Part shown: positions 40,291 through 53,368 of the stretch, one piece after another
Position numbering within the stretch: the stretch's first letter is position 1
Layout of the letters: the number at the start of each line of letters is the position of its first letter
DNA from: Squalus acanthias
Taxonomy: Eukaryota
NCBI GenBank assembly: GCA_030390025.1
Contig: CM059431.1
Location: forward strand, 114,082,001-114,146,000
DNA length: 64,000 nt
Reading direction: 5' to 3'
Notes under the pieces: model-generated
The model's database searches: none
Seen by the model: only the letters and a program-made list of their open reading frames with translations
Told to the model about the DNA's origin: nothing
Translations under genes and position numbers: made by a program

Positions 40291-42671
40291 TAACAGTAAG
40301 CTCACCAATTTTCAAATTTGATGTGTAACTGGGTTTGAATTGAATTGCATGTGCTTTATAAAATAACGGGGAACTGGAAGCGTTTTGAAAGGCCCTGGCC
40401 CAGAATTCTGATGATTCCATAATGTATTCACGTTTTTTCCCTGTAGTTTACAATATTGTCAGAATCCCTCAGTTGTATCACAGCAATTTCTCTATCCAGT
40501 AAGTGACTTGGTTGTGACTTATGGGTAAGTGCATTTTTTCTGCCAACACCGCTTTGTTGAAATATACGCAACATTGTTTTTCATTGTCTGTAAGGTACAG
40601 CACCATTGCAGAATAACATCCATGTTAAGTTTAATGATATGTTTGTTTAGAGGCTAAATTATTTTTTACATTTTAAATTTTGGTTTGGGCTCTGATGGGT
40701 TGCAATTTACGTTAAATGCAGTTACAGACTCTGCACGATTTAGTCTTCACTTTAAGTATCCTAATTGAGGAAGAGAATAGGCGTGAACACATTCATTCTT
40801 TTAACCTTATTATGTTTGGCTACTCAAATGTGAAGCCAACAACCTCCACAATCAGTGCTAACAAAACCTAGGGTGGATTGCAATCTGTTTTGCATCTAAT
40901 TACATGGTTTTTATCACTTAGACACATTATACATTACTCATTTTCTGTGTTATGAAGCTAATATGTCAAATAACCATATATTGATCTCTTGTCCTTCAGT
41001 GGCCTGCATTCCAGGCTGTTATCCTGCAGTGCATGTGAACTCTACTTATAGACGGTCAGCCCATTTATTTTCATTAGATTTGCAATCACAGCACTGAACA
41101 ATCCATTATACAAAAAAGTGCTTATAGTTCCTAAATTTAGACCCTGTTCTGTTGTCTAGAACTAAAAGGCTAAAGTATCCAGCCTTGGCTTTTAGTCAGT
41201 AAAGGACTAGTCACAGCATCTATTGTGCCCCTGGTAAGCAGTTTGCATTCATGGATCAGGATGATGCTTAATCAGCCTCAATAAAACTTCTAAAAATTTT
41301 GAAGCAAGATCCTGAAAACAATACAAAATATAAGTTATTGGTCACAGCACTTGAAAACTGCATGAAGCCAAATACCAACCATATCTTGAAGTTTGGATTA
41401 CCGATTCTACTTAATGTTCAATTTAGACTCCAAACACTTACTAAAATTATCTGTTTATCTACTTATTTCTCTACTTTTACAGTATGTTCATTGTTTTTTC
41501 TATCCAAATGGTCTTGGTTTCAGTGCATTTAAATTTCCATTAAAATTGCCACATCCTCCAGCTCCATCCTAACACTATTATTAGGCCATTAATACCAGTT
41601 ATACTTGATTATCATCAGTCGGGGTCAAGCACAGGTCACAACATTTTTGGCAATATCGTTCAGCATCTGTTACATATCATGTGTTACCCTAAGTTCTGGT
41701 GTTGTGATGTTGGTGGAAATTTCCTAAGCTACTTATGCTTCGAACGAATAAATGACGTAAAATACATAGCAAACATGCTAGTTACAAAATAGTGCATAGC
41801 ATGGGGTGAATTACAGATGCTATATCAGTGGTTCTAAGTTGGCTGGGGTAACAGTACATGCATGAGCAGTGAATTTACACATGCATAATGACAGATAAAA
41901 AGCATGCAACTTATCCTTTGATGATACCTTGTTATATGTAATATTTCTAATTAGGAACAGCCCTTAGTGCATCCATAGAGGAAAAAGCCTTTGATTCAAA
42001 AAGGGGGAAGATTTTCTCAGTTTGTTATTTGAAGCAAAGTCATAAATGAACAATTTATATGTAAAAACGCACTTGCAATTGTGCTTCAAATAGTAAACAG
42101 ACTCTCCCTCCAATGTCAGAGATATAAACTTATTGGAAACAATCGATGAGTTGCAACATAACTAACTGGAGTTTAAAGACACATCATTATATACAAAATA
42201 ATAGCATACCATATCTATTATTTTGTTTAATAAAATGGAAAAGAAGCTTAAGTATAAGAACTGTAATGCTACTTGCATTTTTTTCTTTCTCTTCGTCAAT
42301 ACTTTAAGAAAAATTCCATCTTTCTACATTTTGCATCAGTTTTGATGAGGGCACCTGAGGTCACTGACACTTGAATTTATCAGCTTTGGTTATGATAAGT
42401 TTGGTCAATTCTCAGCCAGGCCTCTAGATGGAAGACTTGGTGGAAACAAAATGTTCCACCCAAGAAGAGACTAGTTGGTGGTGTCTTTCATCATTACAAA
42501 CTCTTCCCCCCTCACGGCTCTCAGCTGAGCAATCAGGGGCAACAATGATTCTATGAAACTATAAATATATAACGATGCAGGAAACTGGAGATTATACACT
42601 CAGATATATGTCTATTCATCTGGTAACCATAGCACTAAAAAAAATAATCTAAAGCAGTAATATTATTGAAA

Positions 42672-43110
42672 GACTCAACAGGCTGGGGCTCTTTTCTCTG
42701 GAAAGGAGAAGACTGAGTGGTGACCTGATAGAGGTCTTTAAGATTATGAAAGGCTTTGATAGGGTAGACGTAGAGAAGATGTTTCCACTTGCAGGTGAGA
42801 CCAGAACTAGGCCCATAAATATAAGATAGTCACTAATGAATCCAATAAGGAATTCAGGAGAAACTTCTTTACCCAGAGAGTGGTTAGAAGGTGGAACTCA
42901 CTACCACAAGGAGTGGTTGAGGCGAATAGAATAGATGCATTTAAGGGGATGCTAGATAAACACATGAGGGAGAAAGGAATAGAAGGATATGCTAATAGGG
43001 TGAGATGAAGAGGGTGGGAGGAGGCTCGTGTGGAGCATAAACACCGGCATGGACCAGTTGGGCCAAATGACCTGTTTCTGTGCTGCAAATACTTTGTAAT
43101 TTTGTAATTA
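42672..43110 (+). mobile_element. CR1 3' fragment
   Basis: LGLFSLERRRLSGDLIEVFKIM...RRNFFTQRVV peptide and a 3' tail. Confidence 0.88.
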
Positions 43111-43350
43111 TCACCGAGACCAGAGGCCTGATTTGTTCCATGTGCCCTGCTGAAGTAACAATTCATCCTCATAGTTCTGAACAATTTTACATTCTCCCCT
43201 TGCACTCTGCATCAAAAACTAACATACACATCCTCAATACTTTCAGAAAAATTATACTTTACTACCCTTTCATTTTTATTAGAGCTGCTCAGGCCACTGA
43301 CACTCAAGTTTGATAAATTTGGTCGTTTCTCAGCCAGATCTCAATGGAAG

Positions 43351-43627
43351 TAAAAACAGGAAATGCTGGAAATACTCAGCAGGTCGGGCAGCCTCTGTGG
43401 AGAGAGAAACAGAGGTAACGTTTCAGGTCGGTGACCTTTCATCAGAACTGGAGAATGTTCGAGATGTAACAAGTTTTAAGCAAGTGCAGAGATGGGGAAA
43501 GGGGAGGAAAGAACAAAAGGGAAGGTTTGTGATAGGGTGGAAGGTAGGAGTGATTAAATGACAAAAGGGATGTAAGGCAAAAGGGGATGGTAATAGGACA
43601 AGTAAAGAAACAAAAGATGGGTCTAGA
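43351..43627 (-). mobile_element. Penelope-derived insertion with a hammerhead motif (43413-43449)
   Basis: 8-bp TSD AATGGAAG (43343-43350, 43628-43635). The minus strand reads agtt-CTGATGA-A-AGGTC-acc-GACCT-GAAA-CG-TT-acct. Confidence 0.8.
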
Positions 43628-44702
43628 AATGGAAGACTTGGTGGCAACAACATGTCCCACCCAAGAAGGGAAAAGAAGTTGGGGCTATCTTTCATCATTG
43701 CTGCTTGTACTAATTGTATGAGCCACAGAAGCTATATCTCAGCTATTTTGTAGTCTCACATGTGAAGAAGACACAGATGGAACTACATCTAATTTAATCC
43801 TACTAAACCTCTACATCTGCTGGTAGTTTAAAGCAGACTGTAGTTTAATTTACGGCTTTTACCATTATTATGAATCCTGGGATAACTCCCACCTCCATAG
43901 CTACAAGAGAAAACACTTGTAAATCCCACAACCAGGTGGGTGGTAAAGAAGGAAAGAGAGATACAGAAAAAAGGAAAGAGAGAAAGTGAAAAAGAGAAAG
44001 AGAAAATAATGAGAGTGAAAAGGTGAGAAAAGTAATACATCAGTGCCACTTGGTCAGGTCTTGTAGCCCGTGTTGCAAACACAGCTTGTTAGTTTTAATG
44101 AAGTTTATGTTTTGGCATGAGTTGCTGCCTCGGGTATATGGTCCACAACTGAAAACCTCATACCGAGGACCTGTCCAATGCTGGCCGTTTTGCCTACAAA
44201 AATAAGTGCACATTTTTCCTCTTGTTTACATTTTGGGCAGTCTTTACTCTTTTAAAGAAATATATGCTCTCTCTCCCACCTCAATTGTCCTGATGGTGAT
44301 GGGATCCATTTTAAAAATAGCCTTCAAGGAGCAAATATGCTGTTGCACACAGATAACACCTGGTGTTAGTGTATTTGGGTTGCAGTTGTTTAATCATTGC
44401 TATTATTCTTTGGTTACAATACTTTACCATACACTATTACATTGATAGTGTACAGTGCTCCAGGTATAGTGCACATGAGACTTGGCTTGGCTTGGCTTGT
44501 GGATGACCCTGGTGACTAACTCAGGGGGCAGTGCTGGTTGTCCGATGTGTAATAATTGTCTGCTGGGCTTTGGCTGTGCCACCATTGTTTTATGCGTTCT
44601 ATTTTCATGTGGTGTGAAGTGTATACTTCTTGTATGGTGCGTATATAATGTGGGAAGTATTGCTGGTGTCTTGGTTCAAACACAGTGAATACGTTACTGA
44701 TC

Positions 44703-44775
44703 TATTTCCCAAAGTGCATCACTCCACATTGACAAGATGGAAAGGTCAATGTGGAGTGAAGCACTTTGGGAAATA
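44703..44775. repeat. 73-bp near-perfect palindrome (31-bp arms, 1 mismatch, 11-nt loop)
   Basis: tatttcccaaagtgcatcactccacattgac-aagatggaaag-gtcaatgtggagtgaagcactttgggaaata. Confidence 0.95.
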
Positions 44776-45009
44776 ATGGCATACTTAAGAGAAAACGCTG
44801 TGGGGCTGATTTTATGAAATCAGGTGGACAAGGGGTCTTCACCAAGAGAATGATTTTGTAAAATAAGAATAAAAAAATAATAAGAATGACAGTTGCAAGA
44901 TCTTACCCCTGTGTTAATATTGCAACCTATTGATTTTCTTATGAGTAGCAAGGGGAATAGACTGCTGGACTATAGAGCCAAGACAATACATTGTAAATTG
45001 GGAGGAATA

Positions 45010-45255
45010 ATGCTTAACTGTGCAGTGCTCTGGTCATAACACAACTTGAATACTTTGTCCTGTTCTGGCCACTGAATTTAAGCCCTGATGGTGGAGCAGA
45101 GAGAAGCTATAAGACTGAACTCTAGTGTTATAGAACTTAGTTATGAGGGAAAAGTGGAGCAATAAGGCTATTCAATCTTGAGAGGGATAGGAAGATCAAG
45201 GCAAAAACCCTGGAACCATTTAAGAAACAAATGGATTCTATGATGGGGAGTAGGG
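45010..45255 (+). mobile_element. Old CR1 fragment
   Basis: Degenerate LVxxQLEYxVxFW and 3' motifs. Confidence 0.55.
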
Positions 45256-45489
45256 TGGGTGGGTGTGTGTGTGTGTGGGGGGGGGGGGGGGTGAGGGGAA
45301 CTGTAGACTTTCCCTGGATTTGAAGAGTGACAATGAAAATTGCTCATCTAATGGCTTGCAGCTCTATTTACAAGATTTTAACTGTATCTATCTTGCAACC
45401 TTATGCACAGAGCTCCAAGACTTTAGCTGAGTAGACTTAAAATAGACTTGAGACCAGCTCAAAGGCTAGGAAGGAATAAAAATCACCCA

Positions 45490-45750
45490 AGTCTGTGTTG
45501 AGCTAAATGATCTCAACCAGATGACAATGGGGGTAACTGCAAATGCCTTCGGTGTTCCTAGCTTAGAAAAAAAATAACCAGGGCTCCCACTTTTGTTACC
45601 TTCCAGTGACTCCTGCTGGAAAGATTAGTCATGTGACTGTCAAGTATGGTGGCCCCCATCATTGAATAGCCTACCAACATTTTCGATCTAGGTTTGCACA
45701 TGGAGTTAGCAGAAAGTTGCTGACTGTGCCCCAGCATGAGTCACCACCAC
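45490..45750 (+). mobile_element. Old SINE-like repeat (second family)
   Basis: Homologous to 23280-23535 in opposite orientation. Confidence 0.5.
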
Positions 45751-47152
45751 TTAAGTAAATCTGGTCAAAGATTGAAAACTGGAAATGTAAAGTTGAAGAT
45801 GAAGTACATATGTTTAGTCAGGAAGCAGGCAAGTAAACTGCAATAGTCTTGAAAGTTTAAGAAGGTTAACTCTTCACCTAAATAGCAAAGAAGAATGTCA
45901 TTCGGGCACATTAAGCATTGGTTGACCGCTATCAATAATAATATCTAGACATAAATCTTGCATTATTAGTAGCATAGACAGCAAGTAAGGTTACTATTGT
46001 AATTATCTGTTACACTGTAGAATAACCGTGGAATGTTAGCACCACAAATGCTGCACTTAGAGCTAGTTAAATTACAATCAATTTTCTCTCGTACGTTATT
46101 GAATTGAGCAGTGCTCTTCCTGAAATATAGCCACTCCTTTCAATTAAAAATCAGTGAACATGTTTATTAGTTTGTTGATTTGACACCGAAGGCTTACTCA
46201 TGCAGTAACTCCCATTATACCATCCATCATTCAGAAGTGATAAGATGCTGTGATCACTGCACATAAAAGAAGCCAGAAACAGGAATAATGATTTAAACTG
46301 GTGAATTAATTACAAAATTCAAGCTACCATTTAGAAGGTAAATGTTTTAATTACGTTATTGACTGAACTGTGCTGTGATGATATAACAGTTGGACACAGG
46401 TTAGTTGGTAGGCTGTAGTATAATATTACAAGTGATATCTCACTGACGGATTCACATTCAATCAAAATCAATTATTCTGCACTAACAAAAGTGGTTTTTA
46501 ATTCAGGAGTGGTCGAAATGTAATAGAGGTTTCTCTAGGGATCTTGACTGACTTCATTATTCTACATTTAGATAGAATTATTAAATGCAATCCTTATTCT
46601 TTACAAGTTTCAACCATTTCATAAAGATAAGAAAGTAACTTTACAATTACAATTATTTGAACTCTGCTCCCATCATTTAGTGACCTGCTCTTAAAAATGA
46701 TCTACTCCTAGTTTAACAATAGGAATACTTTTGTTGAGTCAACACGATAAATCATTTCTAATTTGAATTTGCAGTTTGTTTTAAGATCGTGAAAGACTGT
46801 AGTTGAAATTCTGTTTCCTATCATGATGTATACAGGATCACCAGTAGACGTGTGTGTGTATTTATAAGAGCTGGGAACTTCCTCACTCTTATCAACTGTA
46901 CAATCAGCAGACTTAATGATACGTTCCTAATATATCATCACTGCTCCAATGCAATATGCATCTGTGTGCACCAGGTTTGTGAAAAGCAACACCCTGTGTA
47001 ACTTTATACCACAATGCATGTGTAGCAGCTGATCATGTGAGGAAAATTGTTCATGTTCGTAGAGCAAATTATTGTGACATCAAAATATGATGTAAGTATG
47101 CCTATCCATAGACACCAGCAGTGGAAGCTCAGAAGAAACTTTTTATACTCAA

Positions 47153-47789
47153 CGGGGAAAAATTGGTTTGGTTTGCGCCTCTCGTTAGTGCCCCCGCAAA
47201 TCCCCTAGCGCCTGGGCGCGGTGCCGCTGATGCCTCCCGCGAAATTCAGCCCCGCTTGCGCCCCGGCCGCAAACTTCCCTTGCGCCCCCTGACCTATCGC
47301 CGGACGATATGTCCGACAGGATCAGGGGTGTTTTTGCAGCGGCGGCGGCGTTACTTAAAGGGCAGGTGTTGGGCGGCCATTTTTATTTTGGCCGACTGTC
47401 AGCACCTGCCCTCTTTCACTTTTTCTTCGGGGTGCCGGCAGCGCTCGCTCAGCCCGGCACTCCTCTTGCGTGCCTGGCTGTTTCCACGGCACCCCGCTCC
47501 CCGGTGGTCCGGCAGGGCCCCGGTGCACGCAGCGCTAGGCCCCTCCCCTTTAATCAGGGGAGGAGACCTGCAATGACGTGGCGCTATGTGCCGGTGCGCG
47601 TGGCGCTGCTGCACGTAGCGCTGTGAAATTCAGTAGTAGCGCTCCAAGCAGAAGGTGGGGCGCTACTGGAAAACGCTCCACCTCCTGCTTGGGTCTACTA
47701 CTGAATTTACGGTGGAGGGGTGCTCATTTTTTCGGGGCGCTAATGGCGACGTTAGCACCCCAAAATGGGCGCCATCCAATTTTTCCCCC
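47153..47789. mobile_element. GC-rich Harbinger-type MITE
   Basis: TIR ggggaaaaattgg / ccaatttttcccc; internal similarity to 37698-38378. Confidence 0.8.
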
Positions 47790-48329
47790 TTTGAATCTAA
47801 AAAGAAGCGGAAAAACAAAGCTGCACCCTCTCTGCACCAAGTAAACAGAGCACTGCACTCCTCCAAATCTGCACACTTTCACATAGACTCTCCTCCTATC
47901 CTTTCAGTTTATATTGGCGCTCTTGTCCCTCTTTCCCTTCAATTCAACTTGGCGCTCTTCTTCCCCCGCCAACCCAGTTCAAGGTGACAGTCTTCCTCTA
48001 TCGCCCCCAGTTCTAGTTGGCACTTTTCACCCCACTGCCTTTCAATTAATGTTGTTATTTTTCTTTTCCCCCACCACAAAGCGTTGCTTCCAGCATCTCT
48101 GCTCTTTCCCCCAAAATACCACACCCAGCTTCTGCACTCCCTCGCTTTCATTTCCTGTTTCCCCTCTCCCCTTTATTGCCATCCATTTCTTCCCTCTCCC
48201 CTACAATGCCATCCAAGTGCCCCTACCCTCTCCACTTCATTGTCAACCTCCTACCTTTCCCCTTCATCTCCATCTATGTCCCTCTTTCCCTTCCCCTTAG
48301 TTCTGCTCCTACCCTGAAACCCCACAGTA

Positions 48330-48848
48330 CTGAGCTTGACTAATGGTCTTTCATAAGACACTTTGTCAAATGCCTTTTGGAAGTCTAAGTGCACTATATT
48401 GTAGGCTTATCTACAGTCTACTTGGGATGCTATTTTTCACAAAGAAGTCAAGGAAGTTGGTCAGACATAGTCTTCACCTTCAGATCCATGTTTTCTACTA
48501 TTTGCTAGGTTATTATTATACAGAGACTCCTCAAGCTTACTCCTAATGGTCAGTTCTATTATTTTACATGGAATGGAGGTGATACTGAGGGGTCAAAGCT
48601 GATTGCACCTGTAACCTAGCTTTTAATGGCTATTGTACCTGCATCCCTAAATCCCTTTGTTCTTCTACCCTCCCCTCACTGCGCTTCCCATTCTGTTGGT
48701 ACTCCCATCTGCTGTTTATATGCCCAAAGTCTACTACTTCATATTTTGTTATGTTAAATGACATCTGTCATTGCTCTATCCACTTTGGTCTATCCAAGAA
48801 TCTATATCCTTCTGCAATTTTTTAATCTCTTCTGCATAATTATCTATA
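48330..48848 (-). mobile_element. Old CR1 RT fragments
   Basis: caaatgccttttggaagtctaag = LDFQKAF on -; heavily degenerate. Confidence 0.55.
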
Positions 48849-49025
48849 GGGGTGATTCTGCAATCTAGTGCTCCTCAGGAGCACATCTTGAGAAATCACA
48901 GGTGGGCAGGTGTGATTTTCCATCCATTCATTTTAATACATGGAAATTCATGGGCTGTACTCCGACAATTCCCAGGATGCGTTTGCTGTGAGGGACCTCC
49001 TCACTGGGGATTGCAGAATCACTTT
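48849..49025. mobile_element. Small MITE
   Basis: Inverted ends gtgattctgcaatc / gattgcagaatcac. Confidence 0.6.
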
Positions 49026-50496
49026 CTTTCCAGATACAGGTCATTTACGTATAGAGTGAAAAGCTGAGGCTCTGGCACTGATTCCTGGGGGACGTCACTT
49101 GTCACTGATTGTCATTCCGAGAAGTCCCCTTTTATCTCAACTCTCTGCCTCCTACTTCCCAACCAGTTACCTATTTGGCAATGGATGCTGTTCTCCTTCC
49201 TTAATGCATTGCAAAGGAGGTATTGCTATAGATTGGACTCCCGACTCATCTGTCTTCAGTGCATATTCAATCATTGTGATCAGAGACTGTCCCTATCCTC
49301 CAATGCATGTTCAGGGATTAGAAGCCAGCTGAGTGCATGGACAAGAATTGGACATTTCCTCTACTTCACCACAAAGAACTGGACATTATTTCATAATGAC
49401 TATACCATCTGGGATCGAATGCTGTTCCCTCCTCAGTGCACAGCCAACTAGAACATAAGACCAAACCAATTCACATTGGAGAGAACTAGGGGGTACAGAC
49501 AGTATGGCACAGTTCCACGCTAGCAGTGGGCAACAAGACAGCATAGGCATCGGTTAATCGTAATTGATGTTCAATTGACAAGTAATGGCATTGAAAACCA
49601 GATTTAACTCTTGACTTGCATGGTAATACCACTTACCTTGAATGCTGTGAACGGGTAGTCCGTTATTACTACACTCAATTCAGAACATATAAATCTGCAC
49701 ATTACCGACTTAAATTCATTAAAAATGGGCACTTAGTAAGATTTTATATGGATAACAAAACATTGATCGAAAAATTGGAATCTTATTTCATTTCACACTC
49801 TCCTATTTAGATTAGTCGAATGAGCAGCCTGAAGGCCTCCCGAATGGATACCTGTCACTGGAAGAGAATAGGGAACTTATTTTGGGATACGTAGGCTTTA
49901 CTGCCACCCACTACCACTAAAGCTTCCTCTAATCTTCTGATCGGAGTGGTGCTGGGTACAGGCCTAAGGCCCACTTCTTCTGGGTGCCACTCCAAATTCG
50001 TACCCTTCCAGTAATCGAAAAGGAAAATGAGGCGGGAGGGCTGGGCATGCTGCTTCCTGTCTTGTTACCATGGCAGCCCTTAGCCTGCTCCTTTTGTAGG
50101 TGCAGACACTGCACCATCCCCTCTCAAGGGGAAGCCATAGAAACAAGGGGCAATGTAAAGGGGGCATCATGAGTCTGATCTTTTTCCTGTTCTTTGTACC
50201 CGAGAGATAAGTATTCCCATGGTGAAAATCACAGGACATTCAGCCCCATAATCTTTTCCTGAGTCTTCTATTCTTTACATTTCAGAAGCCTTCAGCTACT
50301 TCAGTGTTGTCTTGCTGCCTAAAGGCAGGGCTGTATTTAATATGCTACTCCTGTGATTAATGCCATGAAAAGGTGGTCTTAATGATACCATAGGCAAATG
50401 CCAGTGAATGCCTACACATAAAAATAGCATACATGCTGCAAAATGTGACACACTAGCCTGAGTTTTCTTAGAGTCTGCACAATTTACACCTGTAAT

Positions 50497-52560
50497 TTGA
50501 GTAGAACCGATCAGAAATGTGGGTGGAGATCTGTTCTGGCAGATATCCATCCACTTTGCACATGGCATGTGATAGAATCTGTGAGGAGTATGAAAGCACC
50601 CAAATGTGTGTTGGACGTACTGAGCTTTCTGAGTTTGGTGCAGTACAGCTCCAAGTTCGTGCCTGATTTAGCAGCAGTCGCTGAACCATTGCACCAGCTG
50701 ATGAGGAAGAACACGCCTTGTCACTGGGTCAAAGGCAGCAGGAAATCTTTGATCACCTGAAAGGCTTATTGGCTAAAGCTTTGGCATATTTCAACAAACC
50801 CGCTAGAACTCGAATTATGGATGCGAGTCTGATCAGATTAGATGTGCTGCTGATGCAGAAACAGGATGGAATGTGGAGAACAATCAGTTATGTGAGTAGG
50901 AATCCAATGGATGTAGAACGCCGTTATTCACAGACAGAAAAGAAGGCATTATCTGTGGTGCCGACATGCGAGCACTTCAACATTTACATATTTGGCCGGA
51001 AGTTTGAATTGGAAATGGGCCATAAGCCATTGGAGTAAATTTATTCCAAAATGTTGTAGGCCTAAACTAGGATATTTGTTGATAGGGTGGACCACTTTCC
51101 ATACCTCGGGAGCCTACTGTCAACAAGGGCAGACGTCGACGATGAAGTCCAACACCGCCTTCAGTGTGCCAGTGCAGCCTTCGGTCACCTGAGGAAGAGA
51201 GTGTTTGAAGACCAGGACCTCAAACCCGGCACTAAGCTCATGGTCTACAGAACAGCAGTGATACCCGCCCTGCTGTATGCCTCAGACATGGACCATGTAC
51301 AGCAGGCACCTCAAAGCACAGGAGAGGTACCACCAACGCTGCCTCCGCAAGATCCTGCAAATCCATTGGCGGGATAGGCGCACCAACATCAGTGTTCTTG
51401 CTCAGGCCAACATCCCCAGCATCGAAGCTTTGACCACGCTCGATCAGCTCCGATGGACGGGTCACATTGTCTGCATGCCCGATACGAGATTCCCAAAACA
51501 AGCACTCTACTCGGAGCTCCGGCATGGCAAGAGAGCCCCAGGTGGGCAGAGGAAACACTTTAAGGACACCCTCAAAGCCTCCTTGAAAAAGTGTAACATC
51601 CCCACCAGCACCTGGGAATCCCTGGCCCAAGACCGCACAAAGTGGAGGAGAAGCATCTGGGAAGGTGCCGAACACCTCGAGTCTCTTCGCCGGGAGCAAG
51701 CGGAAGCCAAGCGCAGGCAAGGCAAGGAGCGCACATCAACCTAAGCACCCCACCCACCTGCCCCTTCAACCACCGTCTGCCCCACCTGTGACAGAGACTG
51801 TAGGTCCCGCATTGGACTCCTCAGTCACCTGAGAACTCATTTTTAATGTGGAAGCAAGTCATCCTCGGTTCCGAGGGACTGCCTAAGAAGAAGAAAGAGA
51901 TGAAGTAAATAGAGTGAGAGGAGGCTCGGTGCTCACACTCCTCACCGCCTCTATCGAATGGCCTATTTCTGTGTTGTAAATTCTACGTAATCTTCCCATG
52001 TAGGAGGAACTGTGTACACTAAGTCAATTGGTCATGAGAGAACACTGAATTATCACCCCATGTTGGAAGAATATGGCATGGAACATTTAACTACGACTCC
52101 GTACTGGCCACAGGCTAATGGTGAAGCAGGACAGCAAAAAGGGACACTACTGAAGGTGTTACAAGTGGCAGAAAAGAATTACTGGAAGCAGGAAATGGTA
52201 ACATTCCTTATGGCATACTGGGGACACACTGCAGGCAATGACGCGTGGCACTCCAGCTTGGCTAATGCTTGGATGCAAGCAGCATATGAAGATGCCAGGA
52301 CTGTGGCTTGAAACCAGTTTTATGGATGAGGGCCACCGAGATCAGGACTGGAAGCAGAAACTTGAAGGCAAGGCATCATGTGGTTAAAGTTGGTGACCGG
52401 GTTTCGGTGAAGGCGCTGAAAACGAGTAAACTGACGGCAAATTTTGAACCCGATCCCTACACTGTGATGAGGAGAGAAGGGGGTGAGGTCATCGTGCAGT
52501 TATCACTGGGGTGAAGCTTAAGTGAAATATGTCACTAGTAAAGAAGCTGCTGGGTGAGGC
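50497..52560 (+). pseudogene. Decayed Ty3/Gypsy pol (RT-RNase H 50497-51040; integrase ~52040-52510), split by an RTE LINE
   Basis: SFLSLVQYSSKFVPDLAAVAEPLHQL, ISYVSR...ERRYSQTEKKAL, GRKFELEMGHKPLE; TTPYWPQANGEA; VKVGDRV. Multiple frameshifts. Confidence 0.85.
51087..51897 (+). mobile_element. 5'-truncated RTE-clade LINE
   Basis: DHFPYLGSLLS...ASAAFGHLRKRVF...YHQRCLRKILQIHW...QLRWTGH...RGKRAPGG-type ORF2 C-terminus, C2H2-like end and (AAG)n tail. Confidence 0.9.
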
Positions 52561-52785
52561 GGAAAATTGGACAGGGACCCAGTTGAATGGAAACCATTAC
52601 GGAGGGAGGAGGAGGAGGAAGAAGAGGTCCCTGCGGGGGGCGATGGTTGTGGCAGCGGAAGGCAGGGGTATTGGACTGGTTTCCAGGCCCCACATCCCCA
52701 TCATCATTTACACGTGGCAGGAAAATGAAGTGGTGGCCAGGCGGGCCAGCTGCCTTCCCTGCTGGCACAAGGAGAGGAAAATCAA

Positions 52786-53240
52786 GAGAAAGAAAGAAAG
52801 ACTTGCATTTATATAGCGCCTTTCATGACCTCAGGTTGTCACAAAGTGCTGTATAGCCATTGAATTGCTTTTGAAGTGTAGTCACTGTTGTAATGTAGGA
52901 AACATAGCAGCCAATTTGCACGCAGCAAGGTCCCACAAACAACAGTGTGATAATGATCAGATAATCTGTTTTAGTGATGTTGCTTGAGGGATAATTATTG
53001 ACCAGGACTCCAAGGAGCACTCGCCTGCTCTTCCTCGAAATAATGCCATGGGACTACGTCCACCTGAGAGGGCAGACAGGGCCTTGGTTTAACGTCTCAT
53101 CCGAAAGACGCCACTTCTGACAGTGCAGCACTCCTTCAGCACTGTGCTGGAGTGTCCACCTTGATTTTGAGCTCAAGTCTCCGGAGTGGGACTTGAACCC
53201 ACAACTTTCTGACGAGAATGCTACCAACTGAGCCAAGGCC
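52786..53240 (-). mobile_element. Near full-length Deu-SINE
   Basis: tRNA head at ~53240-53180, Deu body and tail. Confidence 0.9.
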
Positions 53241-53368
53241 GGCTCTAGTAGGACCTGGGATGTGGCGGACACCTGATACCCTTTGATTTTCTACTGCACG
53301 ATTTTGGGTGATTTAGCGGGAAAAATCCAGCTCATAAAGTAAATAGAGAAAATAAAATGTAAACCTGG

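Noticed and set aside
42426..42496. miR-7-like start (tggaagact) in a hairpin
   Set aside because: Only 9 nt match; the rest differs from miR-7 and the fold is branched.
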